Source of the DNA: Methylobacteriaceae bacterium
GTDB lineage: Bacteria; Pseudomonadota; Alphaproteobacteria; Rhizobiales; Beijerinckiaceae
Assembly (NCBI GenBank): GCA_034669505.1
Contig: JAXDNJ010000031.1
Span: 6,421-70,420 of the forward strand
Length of the DNA: 64,000 bases
Reading direction: 5' to 3'
Part shown: one piece after another, positions 48,899 through 56,771 of the stretch
How the letters are laid out: each line of letters opens with the position of its first letter
Numbering within the stretch: position 1 is the first letter of the stretch
Position numbers and translations under genes: made by a program
The notes under the pieces: model-generated
The model's input: the letters and a program-made list of their open reading frames with translations, nothing else
The model's database searches: none
Told to the model about the DNA's origin: nothing

Positions 48899-50914
48899 CT
48901 AGGTGCGCGTCGGCCAATGCCTGTCGCGGAACCAAGTGCGATAGTCCGAGGACATCGTGGCGCGCTGCGCTTGCGGCGCGTGCCGCTTGCAAGTCGCCGC
49001 TTCCTCACTGTTTTCCAAGGCACCCCAACGTATCTCGGCGCAGTCGTTCGGGTTATACGCCATTTCAAGGTCTGCTGCCCGTTCGATCACGTCCTTGAGA
49101 GACAATGTCCATTGCGAGCCGTCGCTGCGAGTATAGGAGAACTTACGCGAGGCAAGCTCAGTTGCGAGCACATCCCGTAACTCGCGCTTCACGTTCTCAA
49201 TGTTCTTGCCTCCCGGCGTCGCGTATCGGTCTGAGCGCCGCGCGAAGCGCTCAGGAAAATTCCGCAGGACATCGATCGCGATCAAAAGACGGAAATCGCG
49301 CGCCGGCGTGGAATAGTCTTCCCATGCGCCGCTGGTCTGGAAGATCGACGCGCCGTTCGGCATCGCGGTAACTGCAGCCTGCTTGTCCTGATATTTTCGT
49401 CCATTCTCGACCGAGGTGACGCGCGTCTTCACCTGCTCGTTGAGGCTGGTAATCGCATCCGTCATCGCCCGCACCGGATCCAGCGGCTCGGGCGACATCA
49501 CGTCATCCATGCGATCGTAGAAATCCTCGGCACTCATGTGCGCCTGTTCGAGGGAAAAGTCGCCGTAGTGCGGGTTTCTGCCGATTTCGGCATTGGTCAG
49601 CCGCCGCAACGGGCCATTTTTATCGCCGACGATCGGCCGGAAGTGCTTGAAGCCGGGCGTGCCGAGCCCGGGATTGTGCACGAACAGGAAGTTGCCGCGC
49701 CAGAAACGCTTGCGCGTAATCGACCCGTCGGGCTCGGCGTCGACGGCGAGAAAAACCCCGGGCGTCCCATCCAACTCCGGCACGCGATGCACCAGCATCA
49801 GCACGTGGCCGTAGGGGTCGGCATATACGGTTCCCGGGCGCAGCGCCTTTTGCGTCAGCGGGACGCTGTAGAAATCGGTGTTGTCGTCGTTCGCCGCGAC
49901 CCGCACCGCGCCGCTATGGACGACGTCGCCGACATCGCGCAGATATTCTGCGAATGTCGCCGGACGCTTCGGCTTCGGTGGCGGCGGCACGGCCGGACTT
50001 ACTGGCGCATCGGCCGGCTGCGCCTGCGCAAACAGCCCGAGAAAGTTTGCAGCCGGGGCGGCGGACGCGACCGCGACCGTGTTCGACGCCAAGTTCGACG
50101 CGACATCCTGTTCGGGCGGCGGGGCCGGACGCGTCGTCTCGGGATGCTCGATGTCGAACCATTGGTAACATGTGGGCGCCTTGCCGCCGCTGCCGCGCGA
50201 GCAATTCGCATATCCGAATGGTAGACCCATCTTGAAAGCGAAATAGGCGCGCAGGAAGTAGACGAAGTCGGCGCAATCGGGACGCAAGCTCAGCGTCATG
50301 GTGTCTTCGCCGCGACCGAGATAGTTGAACAGGAAATTGCGCGATTGATCGCGCAGCACTTCATGCCACACCTTCCACGATAGGTCCTGGTCGGGTGGGG
50401 CGTCGAAAAGCTTCTCGATCCATGCCGAGAACAACGATTCCGTTGTGCTGTTCCAGCTGTTGCGCACCTGCCAGATATGGCCGGCCGGCGTTCCCGGGGA
50501 CGCGGGCCTGCCCGCATTCACGACAATTTCGCGGGTGATGTTGCCGCATCCGGCGACCGCGTGGTCGAGCGCCAGATTTGCATGCCACGTCCCGGCGGCC
50601 GGCGCGGCGATCTCGGCGAACCAGGAATAAGGCCCGCCGCCGTGCCGCTCCGAGGATCTTGCCGCGATGCTGCCGTTGGGCGCGACCAGCGAGAGCGTCC
50701 CGCCGAGTGGCTTTTCCGCAACGACCATGACGCGCAACGGCGCGCCTTTCCACGGCGCAACCGGCGAGGGCAGAACCGTGAGATCGGCCGCCTCTCCGCA
50801 GGTGGCGGATAAAGCCGCCGCCGGCGAGTCTGTTGCCGATGCAGGCGAGACGACAAATCCGGCGACCGGTAACAAAGTCGCCGCGGCGACGGCAAACCAG
50901 CGTGCGCGAAGCAT
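48899..50914 (-). CDS. Large exported hypothetical protein (671 aa), possible transglutaminase-like Cys-His-Asp core
   Basis: Signal peptide MLRARWFAVAAATLLPVAGFVVSPASA. PDCADFVYFLRAYFAFKMGLPFGY (Cys214), then PYGHVLMLV (His370), then FLAVDAEPD (Asp392). A Pro/Ala-rich insert lies between the Cys and His blocks. Confidence 0.75.
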   Translation of the reverse strand: MLRARWFAVAAATLLPVAGFVVSPASATDSPAAALSATCGEAADLTVLPSPVAPWKGAPLRVMVVAEKPLGGTLSLVAPNGSIAARSSERHGGGPYSWFAEIAAPAAGTWHANLALDHAVAGCGNITREIVVNAGRPASPGTPAGHIWQVRNSWNSTTESLFSAWIEKLFDAPPDQDLSWKVWHEVLRDQSRNFLFNYLGRGEDTMTLSLRPDCADFVYFLRAYFAFKMGLPFGYANCSRGSGGKAPTCYQWFDIEHPETTRPAPPPEQDVASNLASNTVAVASAAPAANFLGLFAQAQPADAPVSPAVPPPPKPKRPATFAEYLRDVGDVVHSGAVRVAANDDNTDFYSVPLTQKALRPGTVYADPYGHVLMLVHRVPELDGTPGVFLAVDAEPDGSITRKRFWRGNFLFVHNPGLGTPGFKHFRPIVGDKNGPLRRLTNAEIGRNPHYGDFSLEQAHMSAEDFYDRMDDVMSPEPLDPVRAMTDAITSLNEQVKTRVTSVENGRKYQDKQAAVTAMPNGASIFQTSGAWEDYSTPARDFRLLIAIDVLRNFPERFARRSDRYATPGGKNIENVKRELRDVLATELASRKFSYTRSDGSQWTLSLKDVIERAADLEMAYNPNDCAEIRWGALENSEEAATCKRHAPQAQRATMSSDYRTWFRDRHWPTRT

Positions 50915-51006
50915 TGAGTATCCCTGTGGGTAGCGCTTTGACCGGCATTCAAACCAGCCAATGTGGCCGGTTACGAGCAGATTTGCGGCCGGGACGGGGA
51001 ATGGCG

Positions 51007-51042
51007 CGTTACGAGATGGCGCGCGTCAGCGACGCCGAGAGC
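51007..51042 (+). repeat. Short remnant of the htpG 3' end (encodes YEMARVSDAES-stop)
   Basis: 36 nt with 5 mismatches to 48785-48820 and 3 mismatches to 52030-52065 (hand count). Confidence 0.6.
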
Positions 51043-51329
51043 TAAGCGACGCGAGCCGCACGTGGGAATGCTTCGCGCCGAAACGCATCTATTCCGGCGA
51101 GCCACAGACGCTCGGCGTCCGTGGCATTAAGCGCCGCGCCCACTATGGCTTCCGCGATCAGTTTTCGCGTGTGCAAGGCCCGCTGGGGAATTGCTGCCGG
51201 ATGACCCGCGGCAACAAGCGCGTTCCACGCTGTTTTCAGCGCGCTGTCGAGGCTCGCGTCACTGAATCGCAGCCTTGCGGCTTGAAGTTCTTTCGTTCCC
51301 ATTGTGGACGTGCCCTCGTCGACACTCAC
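51042..51329 (-). CDS. Hypothetical protein (95 aa)
   Basis: ORF only. Its stop abuts the htpG remnant at 51042. Confidence 0.4.
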   Translation of the reverse strand: MSVDEGTSTMGTKELQAARLRFSDASLDSALKTAWNALVAAGHPAAIPQRALHTRKLIAEAIVGAALNATDAERLWLAGIDAFRREAFPRAARVA

Positions 51330-51475
51330 GGGGAGAGGTCACGCGACTCAGCCGCTTGGACACAAAATCGCCGAACTTGGTTCAGGAAGTCTTAATGGGT
51401 AGCAGCCGCCGCGTGGGGCGGCGGACGGAAGTCGCCTTCATACGCTTCGAATATCTGGACGGAAGGAACAGTCCG

Positions 51476-51973
51476 ATGGGTAAGCTCGCGACCTGCTTGT
51501 GGTTCGACCATGGCGAGGCCCGCAAGGCGGCCGACTTCTATGCCGCTACATTTCCGGATACTCATGTGGGCGGAGCGCATGCCGCGGCCTCCGATTACCC
51601 CGGTGGCGCCCAGGGGAACGAGCTCGTCGTCGAGTTTACGCTCCTCGGCCAACCGTTTGTTGGCCTGAACGGTGGTCCGAACTTCTCGCCCAACGAAGCC
51701 GTGAGCTTCCAGGTAACGACGGAAGATCAGGCGGAGACCGATCGTTACTGGGATGCGATCGTCGGGAATGGCGGCAAGGAAAGCCAATGCGGCTGGTGCA
51801 AGGACCGCTGGGGCTTCTCCTGGCAGATCGTGCCGCGCGCCTTGATGGCTGCGATGAGCGATCCCGATCGCGCCGCCGCCAAACGCGCGATGGACGCCAT
51901 GATGAAGATGCGCAAGATCGATATTGCGGCGATCGAGGCCGCGCGAGCAGGCGACGAAGTGCCTGACGCGTGA
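51476..51973 (+). CDS. VOC superfamily protein, PhnB / 3-demethylubiquinone-9 3-methyltransferase-domain type
   Basis: MGKLATCLWFDHGEARKAADFYAATFPDT and QCGWCKDRWGFSWQIVP. GGAAGGA lies upstream of ATG 51476. Confidence 0.85.
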   Translation: MGKLATCLWFDHGEARKAADFYAATFPDTHVGGAHAAASDYPGGAQGNELVVEFTLLGQPFVGLNGGPNFSPNEAVSFQVTTEDQAETDRYWDAIVGNGGKESQCGWCKDRWGFSWQIVPRALMAAMSDPDRAAAKRAMDAMMKMRKIDIAAIEAARAGDEVPDA

Positions 51974-52029
51974 TTCCGTTTCGGGTGAGGCAACGAGCAG
52001 TTTGCCGTGCCCTCACCTAGCTGAGACAG

Positions 52030-52129
52030 CTCTACGAGATGGCGCGCGTCAGCGACGGCGAGAGCCCGTCCGATCCTGCCGGATTTGCCGGGCGTTTTGA
52101 AGCGCGCGCTGACGAAGCTTGCGGCGTGA
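52030..52129 (+). repeat. Decayed duplicate of the htpG 3' end, including its TGA (displaced gene end, att-like)
   Basis: Versus 48785-48883: 66 nt with 8 mismatches, then a ~10-nt divergent patch with a 1-nt length difference, then 25 nt with 1 mismatch ending in TGA. It encodes LYEMARVSDGESPSDPAGFAGR and then goes out of frame. Confidence 0.85.
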
Positions 52130-52346
52130 GGGGAGCCGCGGGAGGCGGGAAGAGCCGGCCGCGTTCGACAATCGCTATCGCGGCGCCGATCACGAGGCCG
52201 GTTTAACGCCGCTCGACTGTGCGATGATGCGCTTTAGTTCTGGGTCGCCGACCAGTCCGAATCTTCCAAACCAACCCGGGGGACCGCCAGCTCCGGTGCC
52301 TAGTCACCAAGGCGAACGGCGTGCATCTCGTCCGTCACTCAAACCA

Positions 52347-52679
52347 TTAATTTCTACAGGCAGCTTTTGCCCAGCGAAAACCGCATTCTCCTCCGGAACC
52401 ACCATAACCAGGAGTGATTCTGCATGGCCCAGCCCCGCATAAAGCGCTGCAAACCACCTGTGGACTGAAGCCGCTCGCCCCGCCACTGTAGCAGGCAAAA
52501 TGGCGAAATGGCGGAGACCGGGGATATGGATTGTAAGCCGGAGTACACCCAGCATTGCCCCAGCAAACATAAAACTCCGGATAGATAATGTCCTTGGGCT
52601 TTATCGGGTCAGCGGCGAATGTCGGGCCCGCAAGCGAGACTGTAGCTGAGATTAAAGCTAAGGCTTGCCAGTGCCGCAT
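52347..52679 (-). CDS. Small secreted Cys-rich hypothetical protein (110 aa, 8 Cys)
   Basis: GGAGG lies 7 nt upstream of ATG 52679. Signal peptide MRHWQALALISATVSLAGPTFA. Confidence 0.5.
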   Translation of the reverse strand: MRHWQALALISATVSLAGPTFAADPIKPKDIIYPEFYVCWGNAGCTPAYNPYPRSPPFRHFACYSGGASGFSPQVVCSALCGAGPCRITPGYGGSGGECGFRWAKAACRN

Positions 52680-52699
52680 ATTCCCGCCTCCACAGTACC

Positions 52700-53015
52700 T
52701 TTGAGGGAAAAGAACGTATCGACCAGTTCCGATCGGTGCAAGACAGGACCTCGTGGCCGGCATTGTGCGCCGTTCGAGCTTCTAGAGCGAGGCGCATTTG
52801 GCGAAGGTCAGCTTCACGACGTTCTTGTAGGTCTCGCCCGGTTCTGATCCCGGCGTGCTCCCACACGGCACCCCTCGCCACTTCCAATCCTCGACCACGT
52901 CCGGGTCGGCCTCTTTGATGAGAGTCCGGACTCCAGCCAGCGTTTCGCCCCGCCAATCGCTCAGTTCCTCGATTCGCGCATCGATCAGCTGAGAGGGAGA
53001 GTCTCCGCGTTGCAC
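52700..53015 (-). pseudogene. DUF1801 (YdhG-like) domain protein, multiply frameshifted
   Basis: One frame reads IDARIEELSDWRGETLAGVRTLIKEADPDVVEDWKWRGVP. A second frame continues VWEHAGI. The first frame resumes with GETYKNVVKLTFAKCASL and ends in a premature stop. Confidence 0.6.
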
Positions 53016-53297
53016 TTCTCGCTTTCTTCATCAGCGGGTCGCTCGCGGTCACATGACGTAATTGCTCGTCAGCATTTTGGCAGCACTGGACGGGCCGCCT
53101 TGGCGGGCGAGTGATGCACTCCGAAGTAGACCCCTTCTGCGCCAATTCCTCGGCGGAGAGACAAAATCGATCAACTGCAACAGTGCGTCGGAAGCCTACA
53201 GCGTCTGCGACCCCGACGAGAATGGCCGAAGGAGAGGAATTCGATTTTCATATTTTTGATAGGAGAATGCCTCCGGGTGTCGCTCTTCTATGTTTCG

Positions 53298-54725
53298 TCA
53301 CAAGATCTCCATTGTGATAACTTGCTCAGACGAAACTTGGCGCGCAATATCAAAATCTGGTTCGTCCCTGCGAAATTCGGCAAAGAAAAAATCCACAAGT
53401 GTCATCAGGTCGCTAGCATCCGCCGCCAACATGGCATCAATCACCGTTCTTCCCGTGGTCTGGACTCGGAGTATCGCCCTTCGCACCGCCAGTTCGTTGT
53501 TTCCGAATCCGGTCGCCACACGAACACTGAGGTGTTTCTCTAGCTGTTCCCGCGTTCCAATCAACCGATCATTCGGGAAGTCGACACGGATAGGTGCCGA
53601 AACCAGATCGTCGACATGATCTGCATACAAGTCTGGCCTCACATAGACATCTGTAGCCTCGAGGAAGTGCTTCGATAGCAACTCTTGAGCCTGGATAAAG
53701 CTGCCAAATGTTTGAGACAAATCTCCAAACTCGACTGGCAACGCCTTAAGTTTTTGCAAAAGTTCACGATTTCTCTGCAGTGCATCTCGAATCGACTCTG
53801 CAACAGGAGAACTGCTCAACTGTTCAGACCATCGCTCAAACAGGGATGCCACCGGTCTGTCAAATCTTGGCAGCCCTTCCTTCTCGAACAATGCAAAGAG
53901 TTTCGCAAAACGGGTCGTTGGGCAAGCTTCCCATCCCTCAACGGAGTAATTACCTAGAAGACTCCAACTAATTGCCGCGCTCAACAGCGCAATATCTATC
54001 AACTGTCCCTGCCGCTGGCAGAGAGCATACCAAGCCCTCAGAGGGAGCGTGTAGGCTGTCTTGTTTGCAAGGAGATAGTTTAAAAACAATTCAGAATGTT
54101 TGATACCAAAAACCGTGAACACGTTGTTGGCTTGCACCGCAATCGCAGAACCCTCAAAGAGATGATAAGGCTGATACACAATACCTGTTTCGTTCGGAGG
54201 CGCGGACACGAAGTCTTTTATGCGTCCATAGGCCTTCTCCGTCTCGACGAGAGCGCGGGTCCCTTCAGGGTCAAGATCGCAGTCGAATGAGATTGCTTCC
54301 CGGCGCAGCACCCTCGACCACTGATGGGCTAGAATGGTTCGCTCATTGTGTTGCATTCTTCGCCATTTAGGTAGCGGCACGGGTATGACGGAATTTTTCG
54401 CACGCAGCCGGCCGATTACCTGCACGCCGTTTACTGCGGCAAGCAGCCGTAGTCGAAGAATATGGTTACCATAGGGACTTAAGATAAAATCGTGGAAATG
54501 CCGCACTTCGTGCAACATTACTGTCCCAATCGAGAATGTATCAAAAGCTTCGTCAACACTTTCTTTAAGAGCCATGTTTCCAATACGGATCACCTCTTCG
54601 GGATCGCGATCCTGCGCATGGAATCGCCCAAACAGGTCCCAACTCTTAGGCCAGAAACGTAAGGTCACACCCAGGAATGTCGAGTCGAAACCGCCATAAT
54701 CATCTTGAATGATTGCCGTGTTCAT
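53298..54725 (-). CDS. Hypothetical 475-aa protein with HEXXH zinc-metallopeptidase motif
   Basis: The long ORF lies in a clearly AT-richer segment. VMLHEVRHFHD contains HEVRH (aa 72-76, nt 54498-54512). A candidate third-ligand Glu is in YHLFEGSA (aa 191). The ATGA start overlaps the stop of the upstream small gene. Confidence 0.8.
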   Translation of the reverse strand: MNTAIIQDDYGGFDSTFLGVTLRFWPKSWDLFGRFHAQDRDPEEVIRIGNMALKESVDEAFDTFSIGTVMLHEVRHFHDFILSPYGNHILRLRLLAAVNGVQVIGRLRAKNSVIPVPLPKWRRMQHNERTILAHQWSRVLRREAISFDCDLDPEGTRALVETEKAYGRIKDFVSAPPNETGIVYQPYHLFEGSAIAVQANNVFTVFGIKHSELFLNYLLANKTAYTLPLRAWYALCQRQGQLIDIALLSAAISWSLLGNYSVEGWEACPTTRFAKLFALFEKEGLPRFDRPVASLFERWSEQLSSSPVAESIRDALQRNRELLQKLKALPVEFGDLSQTFGSFIQAQELLSKHFLEATDVYVRPDLYADHVDDLVSAPIRVDFPNDRLIGTREQLEKHLSVRVATGFGNNELAVRRAILRVQTTGRTVIDAMLAADASDLMTLVDFFFAEFRRDEPDFDIARQVSSEQVITMEIL

Positions 54726-55081
54726 TTTGCTGCTTTGACGATATGCGTCAAAGCGTCTTGTACTTCTTCGGCTGTGAGGTCATCAGACGAGATCAGCTCA
54801 ATTCTACGCATCGGTGTTTGAATGATAATTCGTCTACCTCTGCCTCCTCTCAGTAGGTCAAAAATTTTCTTGGCCAGTATGGTGACCCCGACGGCGCCTT
54901 TAGTAATGGCCACCCAAGACGCGACCTCGGCGAGGCCGAACTTAAGGTTGGTTGGATCCTTTTCTATTCCGTACCTCTCAACCTGTATTTCTTCAGCGAA
55001 TTGCTTCGAATATTCGTTAAGCTCGTCCATCTGCTCCTTAGCGCCTAATACTTTGATTTGAACTTCATCCATGACCGTCAT
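54722..55081 (-). CDS. Small protein (119 aa) resembling EACC1 (effector-associated constant component 1)
   Basis: AGGAGA lies about 7 nt upstream of ATG 55081. The layout is an acidic N-terminus (QMDELNEY), a central hydrophobic segment AEVASWVAITKGAVGVTILAKKIF, the basic patch RGGRGRR, then IIIQTPMRRIELISSDDLTAEEVQDAL. Only the last 360 nt of track ORF 54722-56365 are real. Confidence 0.7.
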   Translation of the reverse strand: MTVMDEVQIKVLGAKEQMDELNEYSKQFAEEIQVERYGIEKDPTNLKFGLAEVASWVAITKGAVGVTILAKKIFDLLRGGRGRRIIIQTPMRRIELISSDDLTAEEVQDALTHIVKAAK

Positions 55082-55477
55082 AATCAGGTCTCCTGTATGC
55101 CTTGCGAGGCACCAAATTGGACCAACCGTTAGCAAACTCCAAGCGTCGGGTGGCTTAGCAGGTCGTGGTCTGCAACGCGTAACCGGGTTAGCCGTGTCCT
55201 TGCTCCTCAACTCACGGGCAGGAAAGGACGCACCGACTGCCACGGAAGGCCACCTTGACATAGTCGTGAAGCAATGGACGCCGAGGAGCCTGCCCTCGCC
55301 ATCGACTCCGCAAGCGGCGAGTTTGACCGCCTGGTGGAGGCCGGGGACGGTCACCACGATGAGTGCGCGATGCGACGCCAGCCTCCTGTTTCCAGTCGGG
55401 ATGGCCGCGGTATCGGCCTGCACGACGCCTCGCCGCGATGATAAAGCTGTCAGGTGAAACAAGCAGACAATTCCGCG

Positions 55478-56335
55478 ATGTCCCCCGCTCTCACCTATGC
55501 CGACGCGCACCACCGCGCCGCCGCTTTGCTGGCAGACGCCGGCATCGAGACGCCGAAGCGCGATGCGCGCGTGCTGCTCTGCCAAGCGGCTGATATCGAT
55601 CACGCCGCGCTGTTGCGCGATCCCGATGCGCGGCTCGGCGAGGAGGCGGCGGCGCGGCTGCAAGCCTTTGTCGAACGGCGGCTCCAGCGCGAGCCGGTGT
55701 CGCGCATTCTTGGCCGGCGCGAATTCTGGGATCTCTCGCTGCGCATCACCCCCGACGTGCTCGACCCGCGTGCCGATACGGAGACGCTGGTTGCCGCCGC
55801 GCTCGAGACGCTGAGAGATCGTCGCAGCGACCCGCTGCGCATCCTCGATCTCGGCACCGGCTCCGGCGCACTGCTTTGCGCGCTGCTGAGTGAATTTCCG
55901 CGCGCCTTGGGGATCGGCGTGGATCAACAGGAACCTGCCTGCCGGATCGCGCGGGAAAATCTCGCCGCTTGCGGCCTTGCCGGCCGCGGCGCCGTTCTCC
56001 GCGGCGACTGGGGCGCGGCGCTCGCCGGCGGCTTCGATCTCGTCGTTGCGAATCCGCCCTACATCGCCTCCGGCGCAATCGGGGCGCTCGCCCCCGAAGT
56101 CCGCGATCACGATCCCCGTGCCGCCCTCGACGGCGGCCCGGATGGGCTCGCCGCCTATCGCGCACTGGCCGCCGATCTCGGCCGCCTCTCGGCGCCGGAC
56201 GGAGTGGCCATCGTCGAAATCGGCCACGACCAGGCCGAATCGGCGCCCGCCTGCTTCCGGCAGGCCGGCTGGGGCTCGATCTCGCTGAAGCGCGACCTCG
56301 AAAACCAGCCGCGCGCGCTGATTTTGCGGCGATGA
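55478..56335 (+). CDS. prmC: Peptide chain release factor N5-glutamine methyltransferase
   Basis: SAM motif ILDLGTGSGAL and catalytic VVANPPYI. The start is ATG 55478 or GTG 55454. Confidence 0.93.
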   Translation: MSPALTYADAHHRAAALLADAGIETPKRDARVLLCQAADIDHAALLRDPDARLGEEAAARLQAFVERRLQREPVSRILGRREFWDLSLRITPDVLDPRADTETLVAAALETLRDRRSDPLRILDLGTGSGALLCALLSEFPRALGIGVDQQEPACRIARENLAACGLAGRGAVLRGDWGAALAGGFDLVVANPPYIASGAIGALAPEVRDHDPRAALDGGPDGLAAYRALAADLGRLSAPDGVAIVEIGHDQAESAPACFRQAGWGSISLKRDLENQPRALILRR

Positions 56336-56771
56336 ACGCCGCAATTCCTGTGGCAAATCAACCACGGGGCAAAATAATCCCCGAATACTCCCCCTGCCCG
56401 CCTTGGCGGCGGGCGAGCGATCGTCTATGTCTTAGGGCGAATACCACTCGCCTTAAGCGCACTTGGGTGTCCAAGGATGCGGCGCGGCGATGGAAGCTCC
56501 CAGATCGCGATTCGTTAGCCGTAGATCAGGGTGCTGAGCTCCTGCCTTGTTGATGAGCGCGTGGCGCGCTGAATGAGGCTTTGCTTGAAGTCCCCGGGCC
56601 GTACGGAGAGGTCTTGGGGATAGTGGCCGCGGCAATCGCCCGGCCCATGAACAGTCCGGCCGGAGACTATTGGCCCGTTCGAGCCCGAAATGCTCAGCCC
56701 ACCGGCCGGAAGCCGGTCCGCGCACAAGCGGACGGTGAACCGCGAGAGATGATATCAATTAAGGATCATCG

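Noticed and set aside
50975-52030. Shared acgagcag(a)tttgc motif about 37-40 nt upstream of both htpG remnants, as possible recombinase arm sites
   Set aside because: It is only a ~13-nt imperfect match seen twice. This cannot be distinguished from chance without a genome-wide count.
55240-55445. Possible remnant of prfA (expected upstream of prmC) in the 55-aa frame MDAEEPALAIDSASGEFDRLVEAGDGHHDE...
   Set aside because: The resemblance to the PrfA C-terminus is too weak to call by eye. It would need BLASTX.
55082-56365. N-terminal ~428 aa of the 547-aa minus-strand track ORF (54722-56365)
   Set aside because: It is antisense to prmC, which has clear SAM and NPPY motifs. The composition is Arg/Ala/Gly-rich, typical of wrong-frame high-GC ORFs. 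Only the last 119 codons, which have their own RBS and AT-rich composition, look real.
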